From positions 12,462,001 to 12,526,000 of the forward strand of contig NW_024704758.1 in assembly GCF_018977255.1 (NCBI RefSeq): 64,000 bases of DNA, in the 5' to 3' direction. The stretch is from Callorhinchus milii (lineage: Eukaryota). The notes below the pieces were generated by a model. That model had not been told where the DNA came from and searched no databases. It worked only from the letters and a program-made list of their open reading frames with translations. A program made the translations under genes and the position numbers. Below, in pieces: positions 28,160 to 40,621 of this stretch. Each line of letters begins with the position of its first letter. Position 1 is the first letter of the stretch.

Positions 28160-28316
28160 CCCATTTGGCTGTTTGTGTGACATTACTGTGGGCAAATCGG
28201 CTGCAGCATTTGCCAACAAAACGTACAGGTGCTACATATTTCAGTAAATCTTGTGGATCTTTGAGATGTTCCCCTGACGTGAAAGGACCAATATAAAATG
28301 CAAGGATTATTATTGT
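28160..28316 (+). mobile_element. DeuSINE-like 3' half
   Basis: Deu-domain-like gctgtttgtgtgacattactgtgggcaaatcggctgcagcatttgcc followed by the tail ...aaatgcaaggattattatt. Confidence 0.75.
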
Positions 28317-30409
28317 TGGCAAAAGATGCTTCAACAATGAGACAAGGTAACTGCCAATTGTACAAATTTCCTTTGTAGTGTTTTTTCATTTATTTTCACC
28401 AGCATTGTGTACCTGATACCTGCACCTTTGTGAGAATGAGGTCTTAAAATCAGCAAGGGATCAGTTACATCTTGGGAAATATCACTGCAGAATTGCTAAG
28501 CATACAGTGTTACATGACCAAATCATCTTCCTGTCATTTGCAAATGTGTTTCAATCAGTCATAATCACATCAGTAATTCTGTCCCCCAAAGTTAAGGTAA
28601 AGCTGTTAATCAACAAATTACCACAATAACTTTGGAAAGGGATTCAATAAAATGCTTATGATAAATTGTTGCAGAAAAAACAGCAATGCATTTCTATTTA
28701 TGTCGACTTCAATTCAAGTCCGTAGAAGCATACCAAAGGTGATAAGTCAACATTTGGCCCTCATGGTCTTAAACTGCCAGGCACTTCTGACAATGCAATT
28801 TTTTATGATGAAAGTTTAAATATAAATGACCTTTTATATTTATATTCCATTTAAAAAATCAAGTTTTGCCATGGTTACAAACAGAGGCAGCTGGATTCCA
28901 CCTTGACCAAAGCTGTTCCCAACCTCACCAAGATATGAAGAGCATTGAACTCGATCAGAAAGTGGGATTAACTTTTGTGATTATTCCTAGACAAACAAAA
29001 ACATGAAAACCAAAGGGCACACATGGCTTTTCACACCCCCTAAAATCAGCAGGCTTCTTGGCCCATATAATACTTAATGTCAATCAGCCACATGCAGAAA
29101 AACCTCAAACTGCTGCTCCCTGATGTGGCTTCTGAGAGAGCAGAAAAAAAAGATGAAAGCAGATTACTGGTTTGATCTCAAACCAAACATGTTAATAGTA
29201 ACCCTTAGAATTCTGGATTTGGGGGCAGCTGTTTTGATCTTTGACGATTTTTACAAATCAGTAAAACCATTTTATTGGGATTAGGGATGTAAACAGTTGG
29301 GAGGATTCGAATGTGTTATGTCATGGGGGTGATTATTGTGTGCCATTTGAAACATGCTTAGGCCATTACTGTATAACGCACGTGCTCTTATATTATACCA
29401 ACACAGGTTTTTCCACTACTAAGCACATGTCATTGGTCTTGGTACACCAGGCCAAAGTATATTGAAGAAACTAGATTATTTGCATTATATATAGTAAGTG
29501 TGTGGAAAATTATATTTGTAGCTTGCTGAATAAAATAACAAGAGGAAACTACAAGCACAAACTTATCGGCACCAGTTTTTGTTTAAAAAAAGCATCATTT
29601 TGGAAAAAGAATACTACACAAAAAGGAACCAGAGGTACAAAATCAATTGGTACACTTTAAGTGGCAAATGTCTCCATCCTCACCGAATGGATCAAAAGAC
29701 TGAAATTGGGTTCCATTCTAGGAAAACACAATTCTGCAGCAGGTTGGAGAGTTATCAATGTCATCTGCAACAATGGTCTTTTTCTTTGATTGTGCAGCAA
29801 AGTGCCATTCGAAAAACTGCACCCAGAACACTCCAGGAAACAGCCCTCGCCAGTGTGTTCGTGATCTGATCAGTCATCATCTGGTCAGCGAAGAGCATGT
29901 AGTGATGCTCAGTGTGTGCGTGTTGGTTGTCAGGACTTGACCTTGGTGAGAGGTTTGCTAAGTTCTCTTTTATTGAAGGTGTTTATGTTTGATGTTTATG
30001 CAACTTTCTGCGGTTTGTATAGTTATTTTTGTGGGTCAGCCATGTAACGCAGGGGATTTAATTTTTTTTGGGACCGTTGAAGCTCCTGAATGTTTTGGGG
30101 TTGTCAACTCAAAAGGGTTGCCATGGTTACAGAGCAAGCTTCATCACAGTGAGAGCAAATGCAGCTGCCGGCTTCATCTCATAAGCAGGAAAACTTGTAT
30201 CTTTCATGTTGTGCCTCAACAAGACCATTCCACAGTGAGAATTACAATTGATCAATTTGAGATTGTAATGTGCTTAGAAAGAAACTTTAGCGATCACATC
30301 TACGCTGTGTTCGTTCTCCCTTTCCTCCCCTCAAGACGCCGACTCTTTCTGGGGAATGGTACCCCAGACACTGGCATTCCTTAGCATCTTGTTAAAATAA
30401 CCATTGTTA

Positions 30410-30798
30410 GCTTGGCTCAATTGTCACTGTCATTTTTAGGTTCAAGGCTGTATCAAGGACGTTGCGCTCATTGTCTAAGTTGATGATCCAGTGCAGCTAC
30501 AGGGCATCCTGCATTGTCAGATGTGCCATCCACAGATAAGATATTAAACTAAGGTCCTGTCTGCCTGTTTAGGTGTAAGTTAAAGAACGTATGACACAAT
30601 TTGAAAAGAGAAGGAAATTTGTCCTGGCCAACAAATCCACCAGTTAAATTGGCCATTCACCTCTTGACTGTTTGCGAGACATTGCTGTGGACAAATTGGC
30701 CACCATGTTCACAAATACAGTGTCACTGCATTTAATAGAAATTATTTTAAGGCACTTTGAAATGTTTCAAAGGTGCTAAATCAAACGCAAGGATTATT
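30410..30798 (+). mobile_element. Near full-length DeuSINE-like SINE
   Basis: Head (ttggctca...ggttcaag), body (ccagtgcag...gcattgtcagatgtgccatc...ttaaactaagg...gtcctggccaaca), Deu core (ctgtttgcgagacattgctgtggacaaattgg) and tail (caaacgcaaggattatt). Confidence 0.75.
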
Positions 30799-30869
30799 CC
30801 TCATCGTGTGCAAGCTTTAGAGATTGATGCCTCAGCCATGGGTTGAGACATCATTGCCAAGTCATTTTA

Positions 30870-31100
30870 TTCTCACAACATCCACACATATGTAACCTGA
30901 GAGAAAATGAGCAGATTGTGATCAGGAGCAGTAACTTGGCCTGATTTTGACTCCCTTTCCCTGAGCCAGTGGGACCACTTGTAACGCCCTTACCGAGATC
31001 AGCTAACATAGAACTGGGATAGGAACCTGTAACTTCTGGGTCTGTTTAGGTCGGTTTAATTCTAGGGAACGACTTCCGCAATTGAGTTATCAAGGGAACC
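30870..31100 (-). mobile_element. AmnSINE2-like SINE
   Basis: gatcaggagcagtaacttggcctgatttt...ttgtaacgcccttaccgagatcagctaac...gaacctg...ttctgggtctgt...attgagttatcaaggga. Confidence 0.6.
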
Positions 31101-32614
31101 TTGTGCTATTATCATATGATATCTCAATCACTCACAGCAACTGTTAGGTGGATTGCAACTTATCAAATGCAAGGGTTATTATTATCCACAGTTCATACAA
31201 GGAGCATCTCTGTAAATAATTATACTTAATTATCCCTGTATCCCTGTGAGCACTCAGTCAAAATAATTTGCATGTGCCTTATGTACGACATGTCTATATA
31301 TTGTTGAATCCTGCTAAAAGTTAAGCATGCAGCTGCATTTTTTTTGGCAAATGTGTGTGCGTTAAATAAAATATTTATTTTCTAGCATGAAAATGCTGGA
31401 GGCAAGGTACGATTTTTTCAAGTAGGTTAAAATATTGGATAGTTTGATTTGAACCCAATTAAAGTAAAGGTGGATTTTTTTAATGCATGTTTTAAATATA
31501 TATATATATATATTAATTATTTGAGATATTATTTTAAAAAATTAGCATAATGGTAATCTAAGCATGTTGGGTTTAATACTTGTGGTGACAGGTGTGTGAA
31601 TAGGTTAGCATAGTTTAGGCATGTAGTTGGCACAGTACAGTCCTTGTAGGGAAGTCTCCACTTAAAGCATAATTTTCATTTGCAAATTTAACCTCTGGTT
31701 TGCTGTATGCTTTTTATCCATTTCCATTTTGACATTGTACCAGAACCCCTGCTTCCTGCTTATTTTCTCCTCTTGTCCTTTTTACTGGTATCCACAATGA
31801 AAGATATGTTTGCAGTGCCAAAAGTTCACATGTCATGAAAGCACAGACTCCAGTGTTTGCCCTTTGACTAATTCATATTGACCTTCATACAAAATGTGAA
31901 CAATCTGTCTAAAAGAGTATTGCATCATGTATTATCTGTGAAAGAACTGGTTTCTGTTGGCTTGGCATTAAGGATGGATCAAAGCTTTCCACTGACTACT
32001 TGTTTAGAGGTTATTTTACATCTCTTTTCCAACAGCTGTTCCATTCAAGTCGATTTCCCTAAACAGCGTTTATCAATTCTTCCACTTTAGACCAACTTGG
32101 CTCCCTCAGCAGCCAGTTCCATTTGGATTAGGGTCATAAATCTTTAACCCAGTTTGCATGGAGATTTCTTTTGCTCTGGAACAAATCCAACACTAAAGGA
32201 TAGGGTTCCATATTAGCATTACCAAAGTTACCAACCACCTCTCCTGCTGGTGGTTTGATTCAGGAGCGAATCTAGAGTGAGCACCACACAAACGGGTACT
32301 TAGAAGCTCATTGACATTGCTGTTAATACCACTCAGTTTCCTCCCACAGGGCATAAACATTCAACAATCCATTTCTGTTTGCACACAGTGAGTGAGCAAC
32401 CTGTGCCAGAGGAATGTACCAAGTGGAAACGATTCCATCGACTGTGGCATTTGCAATGCAGATTTGATAAAACGTATTGTAAATGGTTTGGATCAACTGA
32501 AATATACAACTGTATTGGTATTTATGTTGGACTTGACCTAAATTCGACCTGCGTAAACAAATCCATTCTCTACCCAACAATGTAAAGGTTAGGCAAACTG
32601 GCCTGAAACCCGTT

Positions 32615-32748
32615 CATAGAATCGTAGAATTGTATAGCACAGAAGGAGGCCATTTGGCCCATCGTGTCTTTGCCAGCTCTTTGAAAAGAGCTTCCAAATC
32701 AATCCCATTCCCCCACTCTCTCCCCATAGCCCTGCAAACCTGTCCTCC
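32615..32748 (-). mobile_element. CR1-like LINE 3' end
   Basis: catagaatcgtagaattgtatagcacagaaggaggccatttggcccatcgtgtc: the CR1-type (ATTCTATG)n-like terminal repeat, read in reverse. Confidence 0.7.
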
Positions 32749-32919
32749 CCAATTCAGTCTGAAACCAAACCAAGCCCATTGAACTTAGCAGTTTTAAATC
32801 TGTGTGGTAAGCAAAATTACTGTTTTACTGTTAAAACTAGTCATATAATGCAATATATGTTACCTTTTCTGCCAAATAAATATGGCCTTCTTCCAATTGC
32901 ATTGGGTTTCTTCACTCTG

Positions 32920-33500
32920 TGTCATCTTGGCTCAGTTGGTAGCACTCTCGATTCTGAGACAGAAGTTTCTGGGTTCAAGCCTCATGACAGTTCTTGAGCA
33001 CATATGTATCATTCCAGTGCAGTACCTGAGGAAAATGGTATTGTGAGAGGGGAGCATTTTTTTGACAAAATATTAACTAGAGGCTCCTGCCTCCATTGGA
33101 GTCTCTTTACCTCGGCCTTTCCCTCGCCTCCTTCAAGATCTGTCTCAACACCTTCCTCTTTGATTGCACTTTTGGTCATCTTTCCTTCCCCCCTCCCACC
33201 TTCCGAATGCAACCCTCGGGTCTGGTGTAGGTGCTTTGACACATCCTCCTGACGGGAAAGGCATTATATAAATGCCATTTGCTGTTGTTCTTTGGGTAAT
33301 TGTCCCACAATAATATTCAAATTAGGGTTAGAGAAGGGGAATTCTTCCAGTGTCCTGTCCAACTAGCCTCTAGATTAATTGTCCATTCATCTCAAACTTG
33401 TGGGAGTTTGCTGGAACAAATCGCTGATGTGTTTAACTACAAAAACAGTTACTACACTTGATAGCGATTACATGTGAGGTGCTACAAAGCGTGTTCATGC
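32920..33500 (+). mobile_element. DeuSINE-like SINE interrupted by an L2-like fragment (about 33092-33290)
   Basis: The head ttggctcagttggtagcactctc...ctgagacagaag...gggttcaagcc is followed by the L2-like 3' piece ending in ttgctgttgtt. The SINE body resumes at about 33330 (gagaaggggaattcttccagtgtcctgtccaac...ttgtgggagtttgctg). Confidence 0.7.
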
Positions 33501-35789
33501 GATAAAAGTGTAAGTTCTTTCATTCTTTCAGAATTGAGCTTGAAACAAAGATAACTGCTAAACTGTACGCCTGTTTTTCTTTTTGCAGAATCTGGAGTGG
33601 ATTCAACACAGTACCCACAACTCAAACTGAACTGCCCATGAAACCGAGGTTCAGCAATGAAATATGTCACTGCATCAGTTTTGCAGAGTTGCTGAACAAT
33701 ATGCATATACAGTACTAATCTTGCAGATCCTGCTCTGTGTCTTTCCCAGCGCGAGTGCAGTGATTGGGGAGGATGGGCCAACCCTTTGTTTACAGCAATC
33801 AGAAGACTAAACCTCAATTGTCATCTCAGCAATAGACTTAATGGGTTAGTCCTAAAAATCAACAAGAACTAAACAAACTAGCTACCCCTCCACTCTCCAT
33901 GTACAAGCTCCTCACCAACATCTTTTTCAGAAGATTAGGAGGATTAGGAAATACTCCAGTTTAGGTAGCTAGTAAAAAGATTGAACGTCTTCTCACCCAC
34001 ATTCTGCCCATCAAACATTGCATTTTAATGAAACACTTTGTCGGTAATTTGTACATGTTTTCCCTCAATATGATACGGGAATATATTGTCTTGCTTCTCT
34101 GAACTCAGCGTGGATTCCTATTCCCTCTCGTACATTTTTCTTATGCTCTGTACTGATTGAGCCTCTTGCACAATGAGCTCATAATGGTATTCTGTTGTAG
34201 ACCAAATTACATCATATACGTCATCACGCAACAACAACAAAAACACCTCTGCTGGCTATTCAGTTACTGGAATGGAAACATAGGATAGAAACATAAGAAT
34301 AGAAATTACTTCTTTGTGAACTTTATTCCTTTTTTCAACTGCCATTGCCCCAAAGTAGTCTGCCTCGTTCACTATGAGTGACCAACCTGATATTGTTAGC
34401 AAGACTAGCATTCCATCGGATGGTCACGTTTCAAAACAGTTTTGACTCTGAGCTGTAAATAATCATTTCTCAGAGGCTTCACACTTGCACAGATCTCTTT
34501 CCCCAGTACATCCTTCTTTATCTTCCTCTTGCTAAGCCTGGGACAATAAAATATATCACAGTAAACGTATTAGTTTTCAGAACTCTTAAAATTATTTGGA
34601 ATAATTTCATGATATTTACTTAAAATGCGTTGACGTAAACCACACAGCTCTCAGCACCAGATCAATGTTTCATTGCAAGTATAAAAGACTGCTTATCATT
34701 GTGTCACAAATGGACTCTTTGAGCTCATGATTCTTGAGCCAACGTCATTGCTAAAATCCTCTAGTTTGCTGATGTCTTTGAAGTGAATAGTTAAGACTGA
34801 TGTAGATCTAAAGGAATCTAAAGGAATAAGATAACATTCTGAAGATAGTTTTCTCTTCTTTCTGTGAAAGCAATTCAGCAATTCCTGACCAGCCCAAGGA
34901 GACACACCTAAGACACTGTAAGACAAACCTCTGATCAATTGGTTTAACCAATAACAAGGCTTCTCTATCTAGAAGGATACAAACAATGATACCATTGGCT
35001 TTAGTCTTAGGATTGCATTATCCACAGGATTGAGAAATACATGATAATTGCTTAACTGTCCTAAACATGAAAAAAATAAGAGATAAGAAAACATAGGTTC
35101 AAGAGGATCTGACATCAACGTTGTCAAAACAATGATTAAATCCTAGGAACAATAACAAACATAACCTGATATGAACCATAGCATTTGTTGTATTAAATCT
35201 ACCGCAAGTAGAAGGTGATAGAGTTCATGAGACACCCAATTCAACCTAAGAAGCTTCAATTAAGCATTATCTTTAAGTAGAATATAATAGCTGGAATATC
35301 ATCCTCCACCTGTTTTAGTCTGAACTTCAGTTGAACCTCCTCCAATTAACCACCCTTTCAGTGTTGATTTGATCCAAGAAGTGGTTTAGTCTAGAGTTGA
35401 CTACAGGTTGAAAATGATGGGGATAGCAATAGCTATAATACACCTCTGAATTTACCACAGCTATTACAAACTTGAGCTTTGAATGGTTCATTGGATCACT
35501 CTGAGGATTTTAGTTGTATTAGAGAGCCAGTCAGAAACCTGGTTGTTTAATAACTTTTAAAACCAGCCAGTATTTGTACCAATGAAGCACAATTTCTTCT
35601 TTTTCCATGAGCAGCATCCTTCTCCTGAATTTATCTCTGTGAAAAATGGATTTGGAATAGAGAGTATAATTCTGTTTTCCCAAATCACAATAATAATACG
35701 TGCATTTGATGGAACAAATTGATATGATGTTTACTCATGCTGCATTAGAATAGAGAATAAACAGATTTTTTTTGGGAGTGACAGCCTGC

Positions 35790-36065
35790 CAAAGTTAGTA
35801 GAGTTTTCACCTCCTGGTCAGAACATTGTGAGTGCAATCCCCACATCAGGACTTTGAGGTCATAGGCAGACAGACACTCCAGTGCAGTGGTGGAGGAGTG
35901 ATGCATAACAATAGCCCTGATTTAAAAAATGGTCATGGCTGTTTGTGGAACATTGCTGTGCGCAAATTGGTTGACATGTTTAGCTTACGAATACACACAA
36001 AACAAAGCTTTGAGACCTTTCGACATGATAAGGAGTTACATTAAATGCAAAGATTGTTATTTATT
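35790..36065 (+). mobile_element. Internally deleted DeuSINE-like SINE
   Basis: Head remnant, gacactccagtgcagt, Deu core gctgtttgtggaacattgctgtgcgcaaattgg, and tail aaatgcaaagattgtt. Confidence 0.7.
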
Positions 36066-36244
36066 GAGTCGATTGCTAAAAAAAAAAGTATTCCTTTTCT
36101 TCTTATAAATGAAATGTACTAAATATTAGACCAAAGGGGCATCTCCTTTCTCTGGTGTAGTTTTACACTCGACAGGTTCTAATCTCAGTTCAGCTAACAG
36201 GAGAGGAAAAATGGGAGGACAAGTTAGACCATACTACACTCTCA

Positions 36245-36404
36245 CACCTCCTAGTGGGCAGCCACAGACCGACTTTTGTACAGGCTGAGGAACAGGTGCT
36301 TACCCATTTGTTTAAGCCGGGAAAATTGTCAGCAGCACAGGGAGAAATCTAAAGAGACAGGCAAATTATTTAAATAAACAGTGCTCAGAAGCACCTCCTA
36401 GTGG
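36245..36404 (-). promoter_or_regulatory. Pair of CTCF-like motifs
   Basis: Identical 13-mer CACCTCCTAGTGG at 36245 and 36392. Its reverse complement CCACTAGGAGGTG resembles the CTCF core CCASYAGRKGGCRS. Confidence 0.4.
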
Positions 36405-36550
36405 TTTGGCAGCTGAGCAGCAGAGATGCCATCCATTGTGATTTGGGCCACCATAAAACTGAGGAAACTTGCAATGGATGCAGGACTAAGCTGATGGAAG
36501 AAAATTATGAGGCAATCGCACAATTGTGCTTTCCCCCCTTAGTAGGTCCT

Positions 36551-36617
36551 TAGCGCCTTGGGACGTCTTCCCGACGTGAACAGCGCTCTATAAATGGAAT
36601 CTTGTTGTTGTTGTTGT
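36551..36617 (+). mobile_element. L2-like 3' tail ((TTG)n end)
   Basis: agcgccttgggacgtcttcccgacgtgaacagcgctctataaatggaatcttgttgttgttgttg. Confidence 0.65.
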
Positions 36618-38338
36618 AGTAAATGGAGTATGAGCAACTTCCCATCACTGTTTTGAGCCTGATGCTTCCAAAGCCTTTCATTGTGTGTGTGATTGTGCGT
36701 GTGTGTGTTTTTAAAAAAGGAAAAGCACTTAAGTCAGCCCCAATCTTTTTCTTATTAAAAATATAACCACACTGCAAATAGGAAGGGTTGTTTGGGTGGA
36801 GAATTTTCGAGTGGAATGCAGCTTCGGGACAAGGTGGTATGTGAGGCTCCTGTGCGGTGGCTCATCCATAATAGGCTTTTGACGAAATGTAAACCGACAT
36901 AAATACTGGGCTCACTTTCAGTTCGACCACGCAGCTAAATCACATCAATGCCATCCCAGTCAACAGACGCTGGAGCCCCTTATTCAGAACAGCTACTAAC
37001 AAGTGACAACTCCTCCCTTATAAACAAGTGCCCACGCCACCAGCTCATACACCCACGCTCAACCATCATCCCCTCTCAATGGGCTCCAGTTGACAAGAAT
37101 GCTTTGCCACTTTTTTTTTCCCCCCCTCTGATGGATCTGCTCCACACAAAGCAAAATATTGTGTTTGTGGATCTAAATTGCGAAACGGCTTACCAAATAC
37201 AGCATTGTGTTCCCTTAGAAACAGACAAGCGTTAGGGTTTAAAGGGCCTTATTGATGGAAAAGCAGCTCAGCTTTTTTTTTTGGGGGGGGTGGTTGTTGA
37301 AATCTGTTTTTCTTTTGTGCCTCCTCATGCCATCAGTAAAACAAAGCTTCAGGTTAGTACGTCCAAAAGGTCAATTCCAGACGAGGCCTCAGTTTGTTGT
37401 GCCACCAATCTCAACCTAAACCAATAGTGACAGCCACACAGATTCCTTTCAGCTCTCACACCTCAGACGGTCGTTTGGACAGACATATTTTGAACCCAGC
37501 ATTTACAAAGCCCTGCAAAACAATCTGCCAGGTGCAAAGGAAGCCGTTTGTAAACTTCACCATATCTGTGCAGTCATGACTGTGTACTTAGATCAAATGA
37601 GCAGAGATGAATATAAGTTTGACTGTATTGTTTTGCATTAAGCCCCGTGACCAATCTTAAACTAATTAAGAGAAAGATTATTTGTTCCGTAGTTCTGAAT
37701 CATTTTGACCTTGTTCAATTTGCAAACTGGCCCCTGTTGTTTGGAAACAGGACGCATACAAAATGTGGCAGTATTTCACACTGCAGAGTTAGGTAATCTG
37801 TGTTTTATAATCCTTTTAACTCAGCTATTGAAGTGCTAATTGGCTGATTACATGAATCCCAAAATATGGTTATTGAAACCTTTCCACTGAGGCCAATAAA
37901 ACAGTCAGCTTTCTTTTATAAGTAAACAATTTTGACAAATTTGCTTTGTAAAATTGTTATTGGGATTGTAAAAATGAATTCATTTGTAAAACTGAATAGA
38001 GCCGGTGAAATAATGATGGTTGTTCCCAGACTTCCTCAATCACTGCCACTCGTGTCAGATACTGTGTTCCATTGTTATTCTTTCTTTTGGCTTCTTTTAA
38101 ATAACAGCAAAACAACAGCAGGATCAGAATACGTTAATGGTTGTTAAGGCTATTGCAGCAGTAAACACTCAGACTCACAGCCCAACAAATCTTCCATTTT
38201 TCATTTCTAAATGCACCATTGCTAATACTTAATGACAATACATATATGTAATGAACCATGAATTGTTTTTAAATGTAGATAGCTGGATCAAAGGCACTTG
38301 ACCACTATAACTTAGTGTGGTGTGAATGCAGTCAATCG

Positions 38339-38423
38339 AGAATGGAGTATTACTGACAGTAATAAAGCATGTAGAATGGAGTAATATTGACATTGCCAAG
38401 GTACTCAGAATGGAGTAATACTG
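38339..38423 (+). repeat. Degenerate 34-bp-period repeat, 3 units
   Basis: AGAATGGAGTAWTAYTG starts at 38339, 38373 and 38407. Confidence 0.75.
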
Positions 38424-40597
38424 CATGGATAGTAATATAATATTGTGCAAGGAAATTTCCATAACTTTGTGTTGGCTCCATCCTTTTCTTGTGATTATCA
38501 TAGATAAGAAAATAGAATGAAAAGCAATTAATTAGCCATACAATGTTATTGTATGAGACATTTGCAAAAGGAGATTCTTAATCTTGAGTGGATGGGAGGG
38601 AGCCATTTCATTTTTTTTAAAAACTAAGCCTTTGGTTTTCTTCACTTCATAACGAGTTCATTTGCTTAGAAAACAGTTGCTTCACCGCTATTACAACTTT
38701 CAAATATAGAGTCCTTCACATAGCAGTACTTTTCCCAGAGCTGATACATGATCTTAAAGTTATGTGTAAATCACATAACATTGAGGGAAGAAAACAAGAA
38801 GCAAAGTATAGGAAACTTTACAGTCAAGTGCAAATCTTGCAGTGAAAAACATTATCAAAACTGTTAGCTGCTTTGCCAATATATTAGGCACATTTTTTAA
38901 AAAAAGTTTTGTCGTCACAAATGTAATTCGACTGAAATGCACAAGGGATGCCATGCGTAACGTTAACTTACATTACATTGTGCAAGTCTATGGTCGAGTT
39001 CAAAGAGTAATAGATTGATTATATAGAGTTCAGCAACATGTAACTGAAAGCGACCTCTTGCAACTTATAACATCACCTTACCCCCCTTCTCTTTCTCTCT
39101 CTGTCAGGTTGCTAACTTCATAATAGTTCTTGAATGCAGCCAATCTTCAAACCGCAAACAGGATAATTTGCTTCATTTCTGTTGCGTTTATGTGACAAAG
39201 ACATGAACGCAGCCTCAACATCTGCCAAATTATCATCTCCCTTCAATACCATGTGGTATGCAGTGGTTGCACTCTCCTCGGATTTTAAGACCATTTGCTG
39301 CTCCACCAGGGCGATTTAGAGCAATCATTTTACATGATAATGGGTTTTAATTTCTGGGATTGACAAAAGAATTTGTAAAACAGCCCATCCTGCAGGTACT
39401 CAAGACTGGTCTTTCTGGAACTCAATTCGGAAGCCAATTGACTACCTGATCTCCTGCCAGGTTGGCAAGTGTTTCCTTTGATTGCAATCTGACATCATGG
39501 AAATCAGATATGGGATTGGTATCCAAACAGAAATCCAACTGGTTGACCTGAGACACATTGAGACATGCAGGATGCCTTATTTGTATGTGTGTGTATATAT
39601 ATATATATATATAGATATATAATATTTATTATTTGCAAGTGACATAAATAAAATCTAAACGTCTATTATGTTTAGGACTAGAGTCTCCACCTTATTTTAC
39701 AACAGTGATAAATCTTTAGGTAAAAAACCCAATCAGGTGTTTGCACAAGTAGATACACGTACTTGTCTTCCTTTCAATGTGGTGATAGTATTTCAAATTT
39801 CTAGCCCAGGGACTATTGAGAGGTAGGATAGCCTGACCGAGGCTTGATCTCGTCATTGTTCACGAATTAAAGTGCCTTATTAACAGACACTGGCACTGAA
39901 ATATAACACGAACACAAAACGGCGTTTAAGAAATCCACCATAAATTCCGAGGTACATCGCAATAACGTCGTTGTAACTTCAAGATTACTGTACATTTCAA
40001 AGCTTGGGAAAGGGGAAGAAGGCATATTAATAACCAAACAACCAACCAACCAAAACAAGGACACATTAGGTCAAACCGTCTTCATGACCAGGACATGCAC
40101 AGATAGATATCTGAAACCCAAAGTAAATATGTGACAGAACCGATGGGAATCCAGGTGGTCAGCATTTGAAAGAGATAGGACAACCTCTGGGATAAGAGTG
40201 TGAATCAGATGATGGTTAAGTGGTTATTATTATTATTATTATTAAGTAGACGGTCGCTTCTCTGAACGTTAACCTGACTTTCTCTTCCAAACTCTGGTGG
40301 ATGAGCTGTGAACGTGTCTCACGTTTCTCCCCTTCTCTTCCTTTCTCTCTTGGCCTTTTCTTTGTAAATTTTAAATGAAATAAAAGTACTTTACAGCTAT
40401 TAGATTTTTGTTGGAAAAAGTTCAGCAAGTGTTATTCCAAGGAAACGTTTCCCGGGAAGTACAGCTTGAGCACAGAGGATGGTGGTTGGCTGATTTGAAT
40501 GGACCAAACTGACCAAAAATTGACAAAAGGACAGTTGGAAAATGGTTTAGTGTCAGTTTAATTACACATGCCGGAGGCATGATTTAACGGGTGATTT

Positions 40598-40621
40598 CTC
40601 TCTCTCTCTCTCTCTCTCTCT
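40598..40621 (+). repeat. (TC)n microsatellite
   Basis: Read directly from the sequence. Confidence 0.9.

Noticed and set aside
29579-30384. Cluster of 60-131 aa ORFs
   Set aside because: Non-ATG starts for the longer ones, no recognisable protein and no consistent splice structure.
32925-32985. tRNA gene
   Set aside because: A- and B-box-like motifs are present, but there is no cloverleaf and the sequence runs on into a SINE body.
36925-36933. GLI-like site GACCACGCA
   Set aside because: A single one-mismatch 9-mer is expected by chance in 64 kb.
38339-38423. CRISPR-like repeat-spacer array
   Set aside because: Vertebrate context, only three 17-bp units, spacers too short and no cas genes; kept only as a periodic repeat.
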